Below are positions 8,339 to 19,284 of a stretch of 64,000 nucleotides of DNA, piece by piece. Position 1 is the stretch's first letter; each line of letters opens with the position of its first letter. The notes beneath the pieces were generated by a model. It was given only the letters and a program-made list of their open reading frames with translations, ran no database searches and was not told the DNA's origin. The translations under genes and the position numbers were made by a program. Origin of the DNA: Pseudomonadales bacterium (lineage in GTDB: Bacteria > Pseudomonadota > Gammaproteobacteria > Pseudomonadales > UBA5518); contig JACKOP010000003.1 in assembly GCA_024234165.1 (NCBI GenBank), positions 577,809 to 641,808 on the forward strand, written 5' to 3'.

Positions 8339-10257
8339 GGCGTCTCTCCCTCCGTGGACAGACTGTCGATGCGAGACGGCGCCGCGAGTGACGCGCGGGC
8401 GTCCTCGGCAACGGCAATGCCGTCGGTGAATACATACCACGACAGGCGGCGATGCAGGCGCCGGTTCCCATCGAGCAGCAACTCGCCGGTTGCCCCCGAC
8501 AGCCCCAGCGCGTTCATCCATTCCAGCAGTCCGGTGCGTGATTGCAGCCTGCAGGCATCGACGCCGAGAGCCGCAAGCCGCTGCATCCCACCCGGTGGTG
8601 CGCCATCGCCGAGCGCATCGCGCAGCGGGCGTTCGGCAGTGGAAAACCACGGTGCGTCGAGGAGGTGCACTGTCTCGAGGTCGCGGTCGTCGCGCCGGTC
8701 GGTTTGAGCCGCGTTGCTCTGGCTCGTCGCCCACAGCGGCAGGTCGCCGGCATAGAGGAAGGAAACCAGGGGGCGCAGCGAACGCGCGGCGACTGGATTG
8801 GCGAACATCACGAGCAGGTCCAGATCCTGACGCCGTCGGGCTTCGCTGATCAGTTCGCGTCCGAGCAGCCTCGTCAGTGCCGCAGTGCGTTGCCTGCTGC
8901 CCTCGATCAGCAGCATGCGCTCGAAGTCTCGCCGGAACGCGTTTAGGTTGAGATCGGTCAGTGTCAGCGCATCGGCGACGTCTTCTGCCGCGATCGCGTG
9001 CCAGCGTTCGCGAAACCGCTCCAACTGACGTTGTGAAAGCTGGGAGTCGTCACTCAGAAGCACCACCCGACGAAAGTCGCGCTCGTATGCGGATCGTGCG
9101 AGCTGGTCGACCTCGTCGATGGCATCGAGGCCGAAGCTGTACAGATGTCCGTCCAGCGGTGGGGGTGCATCCGAAAAGTTCAATGCCAGCGTAGGCACGC
9201 TGACCGGCAGTGCAGGCCCGAAGGCAGCCAGGTCTTCCTTCAGCAGGGGGCCGATCACGAAATCGGCGCCGTCGGCGATCGCGCCGGCGTAGGCGGCCGC
9301 AAAGCCACCGTTCGTCGCTGCGGTGTCGACCACGGCGACTGGAGGCAACGTCTCGCCGGCAGACGATTGCTGCAGGTGTTCAGCGAGATAGCCGTGCAGC
9401 ACCGACAGCCCGCCCGCCGCGGCGTCGCCACTCAGGGGCAACAGCAGCGCTATGCGTGCAGGCTGGCGAATGCGCTCGCGAATCACCGGGAGCATGTCGG
9501 CGGCGGAACGTAGCGGAGCGATCTGTGCGTAACGTCGTTCCCAGCGTGCCAGTTCGGTGAGCTGGGTGCGCGGTCCGCGACGAATGTCGCGCACCAGCGT
9601 GGCCAGTTCCAGCCAGCCCCGCCAGTCTTCGCGCGTGGCAGCGGTAGCTGCCCGTTCCAGTTCGGGCATGTCGACGGCGGCCAGTGCAGCAAACAGTGCA
9701 TTCACATTGTCGCGGCGCATCGTCTCGTCGCTGAGCCAGGGATGGATCAGCGTGCGTTCGTGTGCGCTGTCGAGATGGCGGTCCAGGGCGCTGAACACGT
9801 CGGCGCGCGTCAGTGCCAGTTCGACCTGCAGCGCACTATCGTATTGCTGCGCCGCGGGTGCGATCGACTGCAGGCGAAGCAACGCGCCCTGCGCGTTTCC
9901 CGCATCCAGGTCGAGCTGCGTCCCGAGCAGTGCATGGCGTGCCTGCTGCCGTGGCTGGAGGGTGGTTGACGCGAGTTCATCGAGCAGCGCGCGTGCACGC
10001 ACCAGATCACCCCGGCGCAGCAGCTCCGCCGCTGCATCCAGGCGCGCTTCGCTGGCAGCTGCGGACTTGCCGCTACGCGCTGCCAGTGCGAGCAGCCGTT
10101 CGACTTCGTCCTCGACAGGCTGCTGCGGTATCACGGGACGTGTTTCGGCAGGAGCCGGGGGCGTGTCGGTGTCCGGACGTGTCGGTTGCTCGGAGCAGCC
10201 GGTCGCGACGAGCAGGGCCAGCAGGACGGGCAGGTAACGGCGAAGCGGTGATGTCAT
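8296..10257 (-). CDS. lpoA: Penicillin-binding protein activator LpoA (lipoprotein)
   Basis: 653 aa. Lipoprotein signal LLALLVATGC. TPR-like N-domain and periplasmic-binding-protein-like C-domain (ARIALLLPLSG). Divergent from rsmI as in E. coli yraL/yraM. Confidence 0.85.
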   Translation of the reverse strand: MTSPLRRYLPVLLALLVATGCSEQPTRPDTDTPPAPAETRPVIPQQPVEDEVERLLALAARSGKSAAASEARLDAAAELLRRGDLVRARALLDELASTTLQPRQQARHALLGTQLDLDAGNAQGALLRLQSIAPAAQQYDSALQVELALTRADVFSALDRHLDSAHERTLIHPWLSDETMRRDNVNALFAALAAVDMPELERAATAATREDWRGWLELATLVRDIRRGPRTQLTELARWERRYAQIAPLRSAADMLPVIRERIRQPARIALLLPLSGDAAAGGLSVLHGYLAEHLQQSSAGETLPPVAVVDTAATNGGFAAAYAGAIADGADFVIGPLLKEDLAAFGPALPVSVPTLALNFSDAPPPLDGHLYSFGLDAIDEVDQLARSAYERDFRRVVLLSDDSQLSQRQLERFRERWHAIAAEDVADALTLTDLNLNAFRRDFERMLLIEGSRQRTAALTRLLGRELISEARRRQDLDLLVMFANPVAARSLRPLVSFLYAGDLPLWATSQSNAAQTDRRDDRDLETVHLLDAPWFSTAERPLRDALGDGAPPGGMQRLAALGVDACRLQSRTGLLEWMNALGLSGATGELLLDGNRRLHRRLSWYVFTDGIAVAEDARASLAAPSRIDSLSTEGETPWSTEAGMQPTQQP

Positions 10258-10321
10258 GCCGGTATACTAACGCAAACCGTCGCAGCGGCTGCGGCGCGAT
10301 TGCCGGCGTGGGGGTGGAACC

Positions 10322-11167
10322 TTGCTTTTTGTCGTGGCGACCCCGATCGGTAACCCCGCTGACATCACGCAGCGTGCTGTCGATGTGCTCGCGGGTGTCG
10401 ACGTGATCGCTGCCGAAGATACTCGACGCTGCCGACGGTTGCTGGCGCAGTTGGGCATATCGCGTCCGGTGATTGCGTATCACGACCACAATGAGGCTTC
10501 CCGTGGTGCTGGCCTGCTGCGCCGCCTGGGTGAAGGCGATTCGGTGGCGCTGGTGGCGGATGCCGGAACGCCGCTGATCTCCGACCCGGGCTACCGGTTG
10601 GTGCGCGACGCGCGGGCGGCAGGCGTAACGGTGGTGGCGGTGCCCGGACCCTGTGCGGCAATCGCTGCGTTGAGCGTTGCCGGGTTGCCTACCGATCGCT
10701 TCGTGTTCGAAGGTTTTCTCCCGGCGCGCAGCGCGGCACGTCAGGCGCGTCTGGCTGAACTGGCAACGGAGACCCGCACGCTGGTGTTCTACGAATCGCC
10801 GCGGCGCATTCTCGAGACATTGCGTGATGTCGCACAGACGATCGGTGGCGGGCGACGCTGTGTGCTCGCACGTGAGCTGACCAAGGTGCACGAGACGGTG
10901 CTCGGCGGCAGTGTCGACGACGTGCTGCTGAAGGTCGAGGGCGATCCGGAGCAGCAACTCGGCGAGGTCGTGCTGCTGCTCGATGGTGCCGAAGCGATTG
11001 TCGAGCAGAATGAGGTGAGCGTGAGCCTCGACGTGCTGCTGAAGGCCTTGCTCGAGCGCATGTCCCTCAGCGAGGCCGTTGCCTGCGCGGCGCAGATCAG
11101 CGGGCGGGCACGCAACGAGGTCTACCGCAGTGCCCTGGCGTTGCGGCCGACCGAAGCGTCGCGGTGA
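10322..11167 (+). CDS. rsmI: 16S rRNA (cytidine1402-2'-O)-methyltransferase
   Basis: TTG start, 281 aa. LFVVATPIGNPADIT is the tetrapyrrole-methylase-fold RsmI N-terminus. Confidence 0.9.
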   Translation: MLFVVATPIGNPADITQRAVDVLAGVDVIAAEDTRRCRRLLAQLGISRPVIAYHDHNEASRGAGLLRRLGEGDSVALVADAGTPLISDPGYRLVRDARAAGVTVVAVPGPCAAIAALSVAGLPTDRFVFEGFLPARSAARQARLAELATETRTLVFYESPRRILETLRDVAQTIGGGRRCVLARELTKVHETVLGGSVDDVLLKVEGDPEQQLGEVVLLLDGAEAIVEQNEVSVSLDVLLKALLERMSLSEAVACAAQISGRARNEVYRSALALRPTEASR

Positions 11168-11180
11168 TATACTCCGCGGC

Positions 11181-11582
11181 GCAGAGTTGGCCGGGCAGTC
11201 GCCCGGAAGATCTTCGCACCAGGAGGCGCCCGCGTCTCTGCGTGTGGGTTTTCCGGGAGGAAAGTCCGGGCTCCACAGGGCAGGGTGCCAGGTAATGCCT
11301 GGGGGGCGTGAGCCCACGGAAAGTGCAACAGAAAGCATACCGCCGATGCAGCCTCCGCCTTCGTGGTGGCGGTTGCAGGCAAGGGTGAAATGGTGCGGTA
11401 AGAGCGCACCGCACGGCTGGCAACAGGCGTGGCGATGGTAAACCCCACCCGGAGCAAGACCAAATAGGAACCCTTTCGTGCGGCCCGCACGGGGTTCGGG
11501 TAGGTCGCTAGAGGCGCGCGGTGACGCTCGTCCCAGATGAATGACTGTCCTCGACAGAACCCGGCTTACAGGCCGACTCTGC
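11181..11582 (+). ncRNA. rnpB: RNase P RNA, bacterial type A
   Basis: Universal P4 strands GGAGGAAAGTCCGGGCTCCACAGGGCAGGGTGCCAGGTAA and ACAGAACCCGGCTTA are present. The P1 helix forms between GCAGAGTTGGCC (11181) and GGCCGACTCTGC (11571-11582). Confidence 0.95.
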
Positions 11583-11781
11583 TTCTTATTACGACTTGTA
11601 TTAGTTTTATTATAATTAATAACAAAATATTCTCATTGTTGAGGTTTCACTTTAAGTTGTCTGTGCAACGGCATGTAAAGGGGCGCCAATCGTTTTGGTG
11701 AGCCTTTCCTGTGCTCCTTATCCGTTCGTAATTCTTTGATTCAAAAAGAAAAATTTTCATGCGTCAGGGGTTTTTGCGTCC

Positions 11782-11810
11782 TTGACCGGTAGTTTGCGCG
11801 TCCATATAGT
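11782..11810 (+). promoter_or_regulatory. Sigma70-type promoter for the dcw cluster (Pmra)
   Basis: TTGACC (11782-11787), a 17-nt spacer, then TATAGT (11805-11810). It lies ~75 nt upstream of the mraZ start. Confidence 0.7.
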
Positions 11811-11817
11811 GCAAAAA

Positions 11818-11854
11818 AGTGGGACGAAGTGGGTGAAAGTGGATGAATGGGGAT
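11818..11854 (+). promoter_or_regulatory. MraZ-box direct repeats (putative MraZ operator)
   Basis: Four repeats AGTGGGA / AGTGGGT / AGTGGAT / ATGGGGA at an exact 10-bp period, just downstream of the -10 element. This matches the GTGGG-N5 arrangement known for MraZ autoregulation. Confidence 0.7.
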
Positions 11855-11886
11855 ATTTTCAACAATAAAACGGGCTGCAACTGACA

Positions 11887-12342
11887 GTGTTCCGCGGCGT
11901 ACACCATCTCAGCATCGATCCGAAGGGGCGCGTGGCGATGCCTGCGCGTCAGCGGGATCGGCTGCAGTCGCTGTGCGCCGGGCAGCTGGTGGCGACGATC
12001 GACACCCAGAGCCGCTGCCTGCTGGTCTATCCGTTGCCGACCTGGGAAGAGCTGGAGCGCGAGATTCAGGCACTTCCGACCCTGAATCCCGTGGTGCGTC
12101 GCTTCCAGCGCCTGCTGATCGGCTATGCGAGCGATCTCGAGTGCGATGCCAGTGGGCGTGTGCTGATCCCGCCGGCATTGCGTGAGTACGCCGGACTCGA
12201 CAAGAAGGCCGTGCTCGTGGGGCAGGGCAACAAGATGGAACTGTGGGACGAGGACACGTGGCTGGCTGAGCGTGACAACTGCCTGCAGATGACTCGTGCC
12301 GGGGATGCGATTCCCGCCGAGATGCTGCGATTGTCACTCTAG
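11887..12342 (+). CDS. mraZ: Transcriptional regulator MraZ
   Basis: GTG start, 151 aa. Begins [19 protein letters not shown]; a second DxxGR motif is visible (DASGRVLIP). Confidence 0.95.
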   Translation: MFRGVHHLSIDPKGRVAMPARQRDRLQSLCAGQLVATIDTQSRCLLVYPLPTWEELEREIQALPTLNPVVRRFQRLLIGYASDLECDASGRVLIPPALREYAGLDKKAVLVGQGNKMELWDEDTWLAERDNCLQMTRAGDAIPAEMLRLSL

Positions 12343-12365
12343 GCCAGCGGCGGCAGGCGGTTGCG

Positions 12366-13295
12366 ATGCATACACCTGTGATGTTGCAGGAGGCGGTGGA
12401 TTTTCTGGTGACAGATCCCACTGGCTGGTACGTGGACGGAACTTTCGGTCGTGGTGGTCATTCCCGCGCGATTCTGGGGCGCCTTGCCGTCGGCGGTCGC
12501 TTGCTTGCGATCGATCGTGATCCCGAGGCGGTGAGTGCTGCCGGAGCGGCGGTGCTTGCCGACGATCCGCGCTTCACGATCGAGCAGGCGTCGTTCGCCG
12601 AACTTGCGCGGGTCATGCATCGTCACGGCATGCAGGGTGGCGTGCACGGCATCCTGTTCGACCTCGGCGTGTCCTCGCCACAGCTCGATGATCCGCACCG
12701 CGGCTTCAGCTTCCTGCAGGATGGACCACTCGACATGCGCATGGATCCGCACGCCGGGCGCAGTGCTGCCGAATGGATCGCGCGTGCACGCGCCGAAGAG
12801 ATCGAGCGGGTGTTGCGCGAGTACGGCGAGGAGCGCTTTGCGCGACGCATGGCGGCGGCGATCGTGCGCGAGCGTGCAAGCGCACCGATCCACACCACCA
12901 CGCAGCTTGCCCGCATCGTGGCTGCAGCAAATCCGGCCTGGGAAAAAGGCAAGCATCCGGCGACGCGCGCCTTCCAGGCAATCCGCATCTTCGTCAACGG
13001 CGAGCTCGAAGCGCTCGTCACCGCGCTGGCGCAGGCCGCCGAGCTGCTGCGCCCGGGTGGTCGGCTGGTGGTGATCAGTTTCCACTCGCTCGAGGACCGC
13101 ATCGTGAAGCGCTTCATGCGTGATGCCTCGCGTCATTCCGGGCAACCCGGCATGCCGGCCGTCGTTGCGCCCCGGCTGCAACGGCTCGGCCGTGCAATGC
13201 GCCCGTGCGAAGCGGAGGTCGCGAACAACCCCCGCGCGCGCAGCGCGGTACTGCGTGTCGCCGAGCGCCTGGCAAGCGACGGGAGGGCCGCGTGA
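12366..13295 (+). CDS. rsmH: 16S rRNA (cytosine1402-N4)-methyltransferase
   Basis: 309 aa with [20 protein letters not shown] and [11 protein letters not shown] motifs. Confidence 0.95.
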   Translation: MHTPVMLQEAVDFLVTDPTGWYVDGTFGRGGHSRAILGRLAVGGRLLAIDRDPEAVSAAGAAVLADDPRFTIEQASFAELARVMHRHGMQGGVHGILFDLGVSSPQLDDPHRGFSFLQDGPLDMRMDPHAGRSAAEWIARARAEEIERVLREYGEERFARRMAAAIVRERASAPIHTTTQLARIVAAANPAWEKGKHPATRAFQAIRIFVNGELEALVTALAQAAELLRPGGRLVVISFHSLEDRIVKRFMRDASRHSGQPGMPAVVAPRLQRLGRAMRPCEAEVANNPRARSAVLRVAERLASDGRAA

Positions 13296-13603
13296 TGGCA
13301 GACGTGGAGAGTGCGCTGCGAGCTGCGCCCGGGCGCAATCGCTGGCCCTGGCTGGCGTTGGTCCTGCTGGTGCTGGTCGTCGCGTCGTCGTTCGGCGTGA
13401 TCTACACCGCGCACAGCTCGCGTGAGCTGTTTCGCCAGCTCGAACAGGCGCGGCGTGACGAGAACGAGATCCAGAACGAGTGGCGGCAACTGCTGCTCGA
13501 GCGCGGCACACTGTCCTCGCATGCCCGCGTCGAGGCCATCGCGCGTGAGCGACTGCGCATGGTTCCGGTCGAGGGGGAATTTCGCGTGCTGGTGGGCGAA
13601 TGA
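13295..13603 (+). CDS. ftsL: Cell division protein FtsL
   Basis: The ATG at 13295 overlaps the rsmH stop (TGATG). 102 aa with a single TM helix followed by a coiled coil (EWRQLLLERGTLSSHARVE). Confidence 0.85.
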   Translation: MADVESALRAAPGRNRWPWLALVLLVLVVASSFGVIYTAHSSRELFRQLEQARRDENEIQNEWRQLLLERGTLSSHARVEAIARERLRMVPVEGEFRVLVGE

Positions 13604-15333
13604 AGACGCGGCCGGTCGCAGCCGTGCCGGCGTGGCGCATCCGCGTGGTGGCGGTGGGGCTCGGTTGTCTGGCGCTCGTGCTGGTGGCGCGGCTGATATC
13701 ACTGCAGTTGCTCGACACCGAGCGCGGCTACCGCTTCCTGCAGAAGCAGGGCAATGCACGCTCCCTGCGGGTGGAGCCGATCCCGACACACCGGGGAATC
13801 ATCTCGGACCGCAATGGCGAACCGCTGGCGATCAGCACTCCGGTACAGACGCTGTGGGCGAATCCGCGCCAGTTGGTAGCCGGCATGCAGGCCGGAGACT
13901 GGGCGCGGCTCGAGGGCGCACTCGAGGTGCCGGCGGGCGAGCTGGAGCAGCGCATGCGCGCACTGGCGAACCGCGAGTTCGCGTATCTGCGCCGGCGCAT
14001 GACGCCGGCCGACGCACAGCGCGTGCTCGATCTGGGCATCGTCGGGGTCTATGCGCGCCGGGAATACCAGCGCTTCTATCCCGCCGGGCAGATTGCCGCA
14101 CACGTGATCGGGTTCACCAACGTCGACGATCACGGGCAGGAAGGCATCGAGCTCGCGTACGACGAATGGCTGGCCGGCGTAGAGGGGTCGAAGCAGGTCA
14201 TCAAGGATCTGTTCGGTCACGTGATCCGCGACGTGCAGGAATTGAGTCCAGCACGCCCGGGCCGGGCACTCGAGCTTGGCCTCGACCTGCGCATGCAGTA
14301 CCTCGCGCACCGCGAACTGACGAAGGCAGTCGAAGCCGCCGGCGCCGAAGCAGGCTGCGTGGTGCTGATCGACGCGCGCAGCGGTGAAGTGCTCGCAATG
14401 GCCAATGTGCCGTCGTACAACCCGAACAATCGTGGCGCGGACATCGGTCAGGCGCTGCGCAACCGGGCGATCACCGATCAGTTCGAACCCGGCTCGACGA
14501 TGAAGCCGCTGACGATGATTGCTGCGCTCGAAAGCGGCAAGTACCACCCCGGGATGACGATCGACACTTCTCCCGGGTATATCCGCGTCGGGCGCAAGAC
14601 ATTCCGTGATCACAACAATTACGGCCTGCTGTCGCTGGGCGGCGTGATTACCAAGTCGAGCCAGGTCGGAACCACGAAGATCGCACTGTCACTGGATCCG
14701 AACGCGATCCGTGATGTGTTCGTGCGCGCTGGTCTGGGGCAGTCACTGGGCACCGGGTTTCCGGGCGAGAGCATCGGCAGGCTGCCTGCGCCGCGAAAGT
14801 GGAGCGACGTGGCGCGTGCGAACTTCGCGTTCGGTTACGGGCTGTCGGTGACGCCACTGCAGCTTGCGCGGGCGTACAGCGTCATCGCGGCGGGCGGTGT
14901 CGAGCGTCCGATCACGCTGCTGCGTGCGCGCGAGACACGCCAGGAAAAGCAGGTGTACGAGCGCGAGTCGGTTGCCGAGCTGATCACGATGATGCGCACC
15001 GTGACCCAGCCCGGCGGCACCGCCGTGCGGGCAGCAATCAAGGGTTACACGGTTGCCGGCAAGACCGGGACGGTGCATCGCCTCGGGTCGCATGGCTACG
15101 AGGCAGATCGCTACGTATCGCTGTTTGCCGGCTTTGCTCCAGCCAGCGATCCGCGCGTGGTCGGTGTGGTGATCGTCAGTGATCCGCGCGGTGGAGTCTA
15201 TTACGGTGGTGCGATTGCGGCACCGGTGTTTTCGTCCGTGGTTGCCGGTGCGCTGCGGCTGATGAATGTGGCTCCCGACGATCTGGAGCAGATCCTGCCG
15301 CCTGCGCAGGCGTTGGCGAGGAAGCCGGCATGA
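13600..15333 (+). CDS. ftsI: Peptidoglycan D,D-transpeptidase FtsI (PBP3)
   Basis: 577 aa with N-terminal TM helix. Transpeptidase motifs STMK, SSQ(V) and KTGT are visible. Confidence 0.95.
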   Translation: MKTRPVAAVPAWRIRVVAVGLGCLALVLVARLISLQLLDTERGYRFLQKQGNARSLRVEPIPTHRGIISDRNGEPLAISTPVQTLWANPRQLVAGMQAGDWARLEGALEVPAGELEQRMRALANREFAYLRRRMTPADAQRVLDLGIVGVYARREYQRFYPAGQIAAHVIGFTNVDDHGQEGIELAYDEWLAGVEGSKQVIKDLFGHVIRDVQELSPARPGRALELGLDLRMQYLAHRELTKAVEAAGAEAGCVVLIDARSGEVLAMANVPSYNPNNRGADIGQALRNRAITDQFEPGSTMKPLTMIAALESGKYHPGMTIDTSPGYIRVGRKTFRDHNNYGLLSLGGVITKSSQVGTTKIALSLDPNAIRDVFVRAGLGQSLGTGFPGESIGRLPAPRKWSDVARANFAFGYGLSVTPLQLARAYSVIAAGGVERPITLLRARETRQEKQVYERESVAELITMMRTVTQPGGTAVRAAIKGYTVAGKTGTVHRLGSHGYEADRYVSLFAGFAPASDPRVVGVVIVSDPRGGVYYGGAIAAPVFSSVVAGALRLMNVAPDDLEQILPPAQALARKPA

Positions 15334-16811
15334 GCGCCACGGCGGCCACGGCGCGTACGCTTGCCGAACTGCTGCCCGAGTTCGCGGGAACGGCGCAAGG
15401 TGCTCTTGTGCTGTCGGGTCTCAGCCTCGACAGCCGGGAAGTACGCGCCGGCGAGGCGTTCATCGCACTGCGCGGCGCTCATCATGACGGTATGGCGTTC
15501 GCCGCCGATGCGCTTGGTCGGGGCGCGCGTGTGGTATTGGCAGACGCGGCCAGCGGTGCTGCATCCTCCGGCGCAATCATCGCGGTGCCTGGACTCGCCG
15601 AGCGGGTCAGCGAGATTGCAGGGCGGTTCTACGGTGATCCGTCCCGGGAGCTGACGCTGTTCGGGGTGACCGGAACCAACGGCAAGACGACCTGCACGCA
15701 GTTGATCGCCGCAGCACTGGAATCGCTCGGCACGCGCTGTGGCGTGATCGGTACGCTCGGGTGGGGCTTCCCGGGCCGGCTCGACGCAACCCGGCACACC
15801 ACGCCCGATGCGGTCTCGATCCAGCGCATGCTGGCGGTGCTGCGCGCCGAGGATGCACGAGCCGCAGCGCTCGAGGTGTCTTCGCACGCGCTCGAACAGG
15901 GTCGCGTGCGTGCAGTGCATCTGCACACCGCCGTGTTCACCAATCTCAGTCACGATCATCTCGACTACCACGGTACGCTGGAGAACTATGGTGCGGCCAA
16001 GCGCCTGCTGTTCGCACACCCCGGACTTCGGCATGCGGTGATCAATGCCGATGATGGCTGGGGGCGACACCTGCTGCAGACCTTGCCAGGCGACATGCAG
16101 GGGCTCGGCTATGCGCTCGGCGACGGTGATGCGCCGTTGCGGGCGGTGCGCGTCACGGCCGGATCACGCGGGCTGCTTGCCGAGATCCTCAGCCCGTGGG
16201 GGACGGGAACGCTGCGTGTGCCGCTGCTCGGGCGCTTCAATCTGTATAACGCGCTGGCAGTGCTTGGCTCGCTGTGCATGAGCGGTGTGGCGCTGGGCGA
16301 CGCGCTTGCCGCGCTGGAGAACGCACCCGCGGTGCCCGGAAGAATGCAGCGGATCGATGCCGCGGGTGCGCCGCTCGTCATCGTCGATTATGCGCACTCG
16401 CCCGACGCGCTGGAGCAGACGCTGCGCGCGCTGCGCGAACACGCCAGCGGGAGGCTGTGGTGCGTGTTCGGTTGTGGTGGTGATCGTGATCGCGCCAAGC
16501 GCCCGTTGATGGGGCGTATCGCATGGGAACACGCTGACGAAGTGCTGCTGACCAGCGACAACCCGCGCAGCGAGGATCCGCAGGCGATCATCGACGACAT
16601 CGCGACCGGAATCCCGGCTGCAGGCGCTCGCCGCGAATGCGATCGCGCCGCGGCGATCCGCTACGCAATCGCCCGGGCTGCGCCGGGCGATTGCGTGCTG
16701 ATCGCCGGCAAGGGGCACGAGGAGTACCAGGAAGCGCGCGGGGTGCGCGTGCCGTTCAGCGACGCTGCGATTGCACGTGCGGCACTCGCAGCGCGGGAGC
16801 TACGCACATGA
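15330..16811 (+). CDS. murE: UDP-N-acetylmuramoyl-L-alanyl-D-glutamate--2,6-diaminopimelate ligase
   Basis: 493 aa. Mur ligase P-loop GVTGTNGKTT and the DNPR motif (TSDNPRSEDP) typical of meso-DAP-adding MurE. Confidence 0.95.
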   Translation: MSATAATARTLAELLPEFAGTAQGALVLSGLSLDSREVRAGEAFIALRGAHHDGMAFAADALGRGARVVLADAASGAASSGAIIAVPGLAERVSEIAGRFYGDPSRELTLFGVTGTNGKTTCTQLIAAALESLGTRCGVIGTLGWGFPGRLDATRHTTPDAVSIQRMLAVLRAEDARAAALEVSSHALEQGRVRAVHLHTAVFTNLSHDHLDYHGTLENYGAAKRLLFAHPGLRHAVINADDGWGRHLLQTLPGDMQGLGYALGDGDAPLRAVRVTAGSRGLLAEILSPWGTGTLRVPLLGRFNLYNALAVLGSLCMSGVALGDALAALENAPAVPGRMQRIDAAGAPLVIVDYAHSPDALEQTLRALREHASGRLWCVFGCGGDRDRAKRPLMGRIAWEHADEVLLTSDNPRSEDPQAIIDDIATGIPAAGARRECDRAAAIRYAIARAAPGDCVLIAGKGHEEYQEARGVRVPFSDAAIARAALAARELRT

Positions 16812-18190
16812 TGCGAGCGATGGGCCTGGTGGAGGTGGCGCGCGTGCTGGGCGTGGCTGCACCCGCGCACAACGTGCATTTCACCGCCGTCAGCACCGAT
16901 TCACGCGCGATTGCGCCGGCAAGCCTGTTCGTCGCGCTGTGCGGCGAGCGCTTCGATGCGCATGCCTTTGTCGGCGAGGCCGAGCGTGGCGGAGCGGTTG
17001 CGCTGCTGTGTTCGCGTCCGGTCAGCGCCGGCGTTCCGGTGCTGCTGGTGCCCGACACGCTGCGGGCGCTCGGTGCGATTGCACGGCATAACCGTGAGCT
17101 GTTCAGCGGCCCCGTGGTGGCGTTGACCGGCAGTGCCGGCAAGACGACGACGCGCGAGATGATCGCGGCGATCCTGCGCACCGGCGGTCCGGTGCACGCC
17201 ACCGCCGGCAACCTCAACAACGAGGTCGGAGTGCCGCTGACGCTGCTCGGACTGGGGCCGCAGGCGCACGCGGCGGTCATCGAGATGGGTGCCGCCCGGC
17301 CCGGCGATATCGCGTACCTGGCAGCGTTCGTGCGCCCGGATGTGGCGCTGGTCACGAACGCGTTGCCGGCGCACCTGCAGGGCTTCGGCACGCTGGCAGC
17401 GGTGGCCGCTGCCAAGGGCGAAATCTACGAGGCGCTCGGTGCCGATGGCATCGCCATACTGAATCTCGACGATCCCTTCGCTGCCACGTGGCGTGCGCGC
17501 GTCGGATCGCGGCGTGTGATCGGAGTCAGTGTGCGAGGCGATGCACTCGCCGACGTGTGCGCCGAAGACGTGCGACTGCAGGATGGCTGCGCACGCTTTC
17601 GTCTGCTGACCCCGGCCGGATGCGGCGATGTGCGCCTGGCAGTGCCCGGCGTGCAGCAGGTGGCGAACGCCGTATGCGCTGCTGCGGTCGGGGTGGCGCT
17701 CGGTGTGCGGCCCGAGGCGATTCGCGCCGGCCTGCAGGCGGTCGTTCCGGTAGCCGGACGCATGCAGCCGCGTGTCACGACACGCGGCGCCTTGCTGATC
17801 GACGACAGCTACAACGCCAATCCGGGGTCGGTGCGGGCCGCGATCGACTCGCTGGTGAGCTTCGACGGTGAGCGTGTGCTGGTGCTCGGTGCGATGGCCG
17901 AACTCGGTGCCGGGAGCCGCGACCTGCATCGTGAAGTCGGGGCGCATGCGCGCTTGCGTGGTGTCACGCAGCTGTTCGCCTGCGGCGAACATGCAGAGGC
18001 GCTCGCGGCGGGATTCGGCACCGGTGCCCGGATCTTCGCATCACATGAAGAGCTGACCGCCGCCTGCCGCAGCTTCGATCGTCCCGGTTGCGTGATCCTG
18101 GTGAAGGGGTCGCGTGCGGCGGCGATGGAGCGGGTGGTGGACGCACTCGTCGACGCGGACCCCGGCGTGGCCGGGGCAGGGAGGCATTGA
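16808..18190 (+). CDS. murF: UDP-N-acetylmuramoyl-tripeptide--D-alanyl-D-alanine ligase
   Basis: The ATG at 16808 (ATGA overlap with murE) inside ORF 16637..18190. P-loop [10 protein letters not shown]. 460 aa. Confidence 0.93.
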   Translation: MMRAMGLVEVARVLGVAAPAHNVHFTAVSTDSRAIAPASLFVALCGERFDAHAFVGEAERGGAVALLCSRPVSAGVPVLLVPDTLRALGAIARHNRELFSGPVVALTGSAGKTTTREMIAAILRTGGPVHATAGNLNNEVGVPLTLLGLGPQAHAAVIEMGAARPGDIAYLAAFVRPDVALVTNALPAHLQGFGTLAAVAAAKGEIYEALGADGIAILNLDDPFAATWRARVGSRRVIGVSVRGDALADVCAEDVRLQDGCARFRLLTPAGCGDVRLAVPGVQQVANAVCAAAVGVALGVRPEAIRAGLQAVVPVAGRMQPRVTTRGALLIDDSYNANPGSVRAAIDSLVSFDGERVLVLGAMAELGAGSRDLHREVGAHARLRGVTQLFACGEHAEALAAGFGTGARIFASHEELTAACRSFDRPGCVILVKGSRAAAMERVVDALVDADPGVAGAGRH

Positions 18191-19272
18191 TGCTGCTGTT
18201 GTTGGCCGAGTGGCTCAGCCAGTATGCCAAGGGATTTGCGGTATTCCAGTACCTGACGTTTCGCGGCATCCTCGGCGTGCTGACCGCACTGGCGATCACC
18301 TTGCTGGTGGGGCCGGTGATGATCCGGCGGCTGAATCGCGGGCAGATCGGCCAGGCGGTACGCAGCGACGGACCGCAGTCGCACCTCAGCAAGGCGGGCA
18401 CGCCGACGATGGGGGGCGCACTGATCCTGGTCGGCATCGTGACCAGCACGCTGTTGTGGGGCGATCTCGACAACCGTTACGTCTGGGTGGTGCTCGCCGT
18501 GACGGTGGCGTTCGGTGCCATCGGCTGGGTCGACGATTACCGCAAGGTCATCGAGAAGGACCCGCGTGGTCTGCCGGCGCGCTGGAAGTATTTCTGGCAG
18601 TCGCTGGCAGGTGCCGGGGCTGCCGTGTATCTCTACGCGAACGCAGGCTCTGCTGCCGAAACCCAGTTGATAGTGCCGTTCTTCAAGCAGGTTGCGTTCG
18701 CGCTTGGCCCGCTCTACGTGGTGCTCGCCTATTTCGTGATCGTCGGTGCGAGCAATGCCGTGAATCTCACCGACGGTCTCGACGGGCTGGCGATCCTGCC
18801 GAGCGTACTGGTGGCCGGTGCGCTCGCGGTGATTGCGTACCTGGCCGGACACAGCGAGTTTGCGCCGTACCTGCACATTCCCTATATCGCCGGCGCCGGT
18901 GAGCTGGTGATCTTCTGCGGGGCGATGGTCGGCGCAGGACTCGGCTTCCTGTGGTTCAACACTTATCCCGCGATGGTCTTCATGGGTGATGTGGGGGCGC
19001 TGGCGCTCGGTGCCGCGCTGGGTGTCATTGCAGTGATCGTGCGCCACGAGATCGTGTTTTTCATCATGAGTGGCGTGTTCGTGATGGAGACCGTATCGGT
19101 GATGCTGCAGGTCGGCTCGTACAAGCTGACCGGCAAGCGGATCTTTCGCATGGCGCCGATCCATCACCATTTCGAGCTCAAGGGCTGGCCGGAGCCGCGC
19201 GTGATCGTGCGCTTCTGGATCATCACCGTGGTGCTGGTCCTGTTCGGGCTGGCGACCTTGAAATTGCGCTGA
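18190..19272 (+). CDS. mraY: Phospho-N-acetylmuramoyl-pentapeptide transferase
   Basis: The ATG at 18190 overlaps the murF stop. [23 protein letters not shown] is a typical MraY N-terminus. 360-aa polytopic membrane protein. Confidence 0.95.
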   Translation: MLLLLAEWLSQYAKGFAVFQYLTFRGILGVLTALAITLLVGPVMIRRLNRGQIGQAVRSDGPQSHLSKAGTPTMGGALILVGIVTSTLLWGDLDNRYVWVVLAVTVAFGAIGWVDDYRKVIEKDPRGLPARWKYFWQSLAGAGAAVYLYANAGSAAETQLIVPFFKQVAFALGPLYVVLAYFVIVGASNAVNLTDGLDGLAILPSVLVAGALAVIAYLAGHSEFAPYLHIPYIAGAGELVIFCGAMVGAGLGFLWFNTYPAMVFMGDVGALALGAALGVIAVIVRHEIVFFIMSGVFVMETVSVMLQVGSYKLTGKRIFRMAPIHHHFELKGWPEPRVIVRFWIITVVLVLFGLATLKLR

Positions 19273-19284
19273 GCAGCCATTCAC

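Noticed and set aside
11583-11760. 37-codon minus-strand ORF (MKIFLFESKNYERIRS...) inside the AT-rich rnpB-mraZ spacer.
   Set aside because: It has no ribosome-binding site, AT-rich codons unlike any gene in the window, and it overlaps the putative promoter/UP region. It is most likely non-coding.
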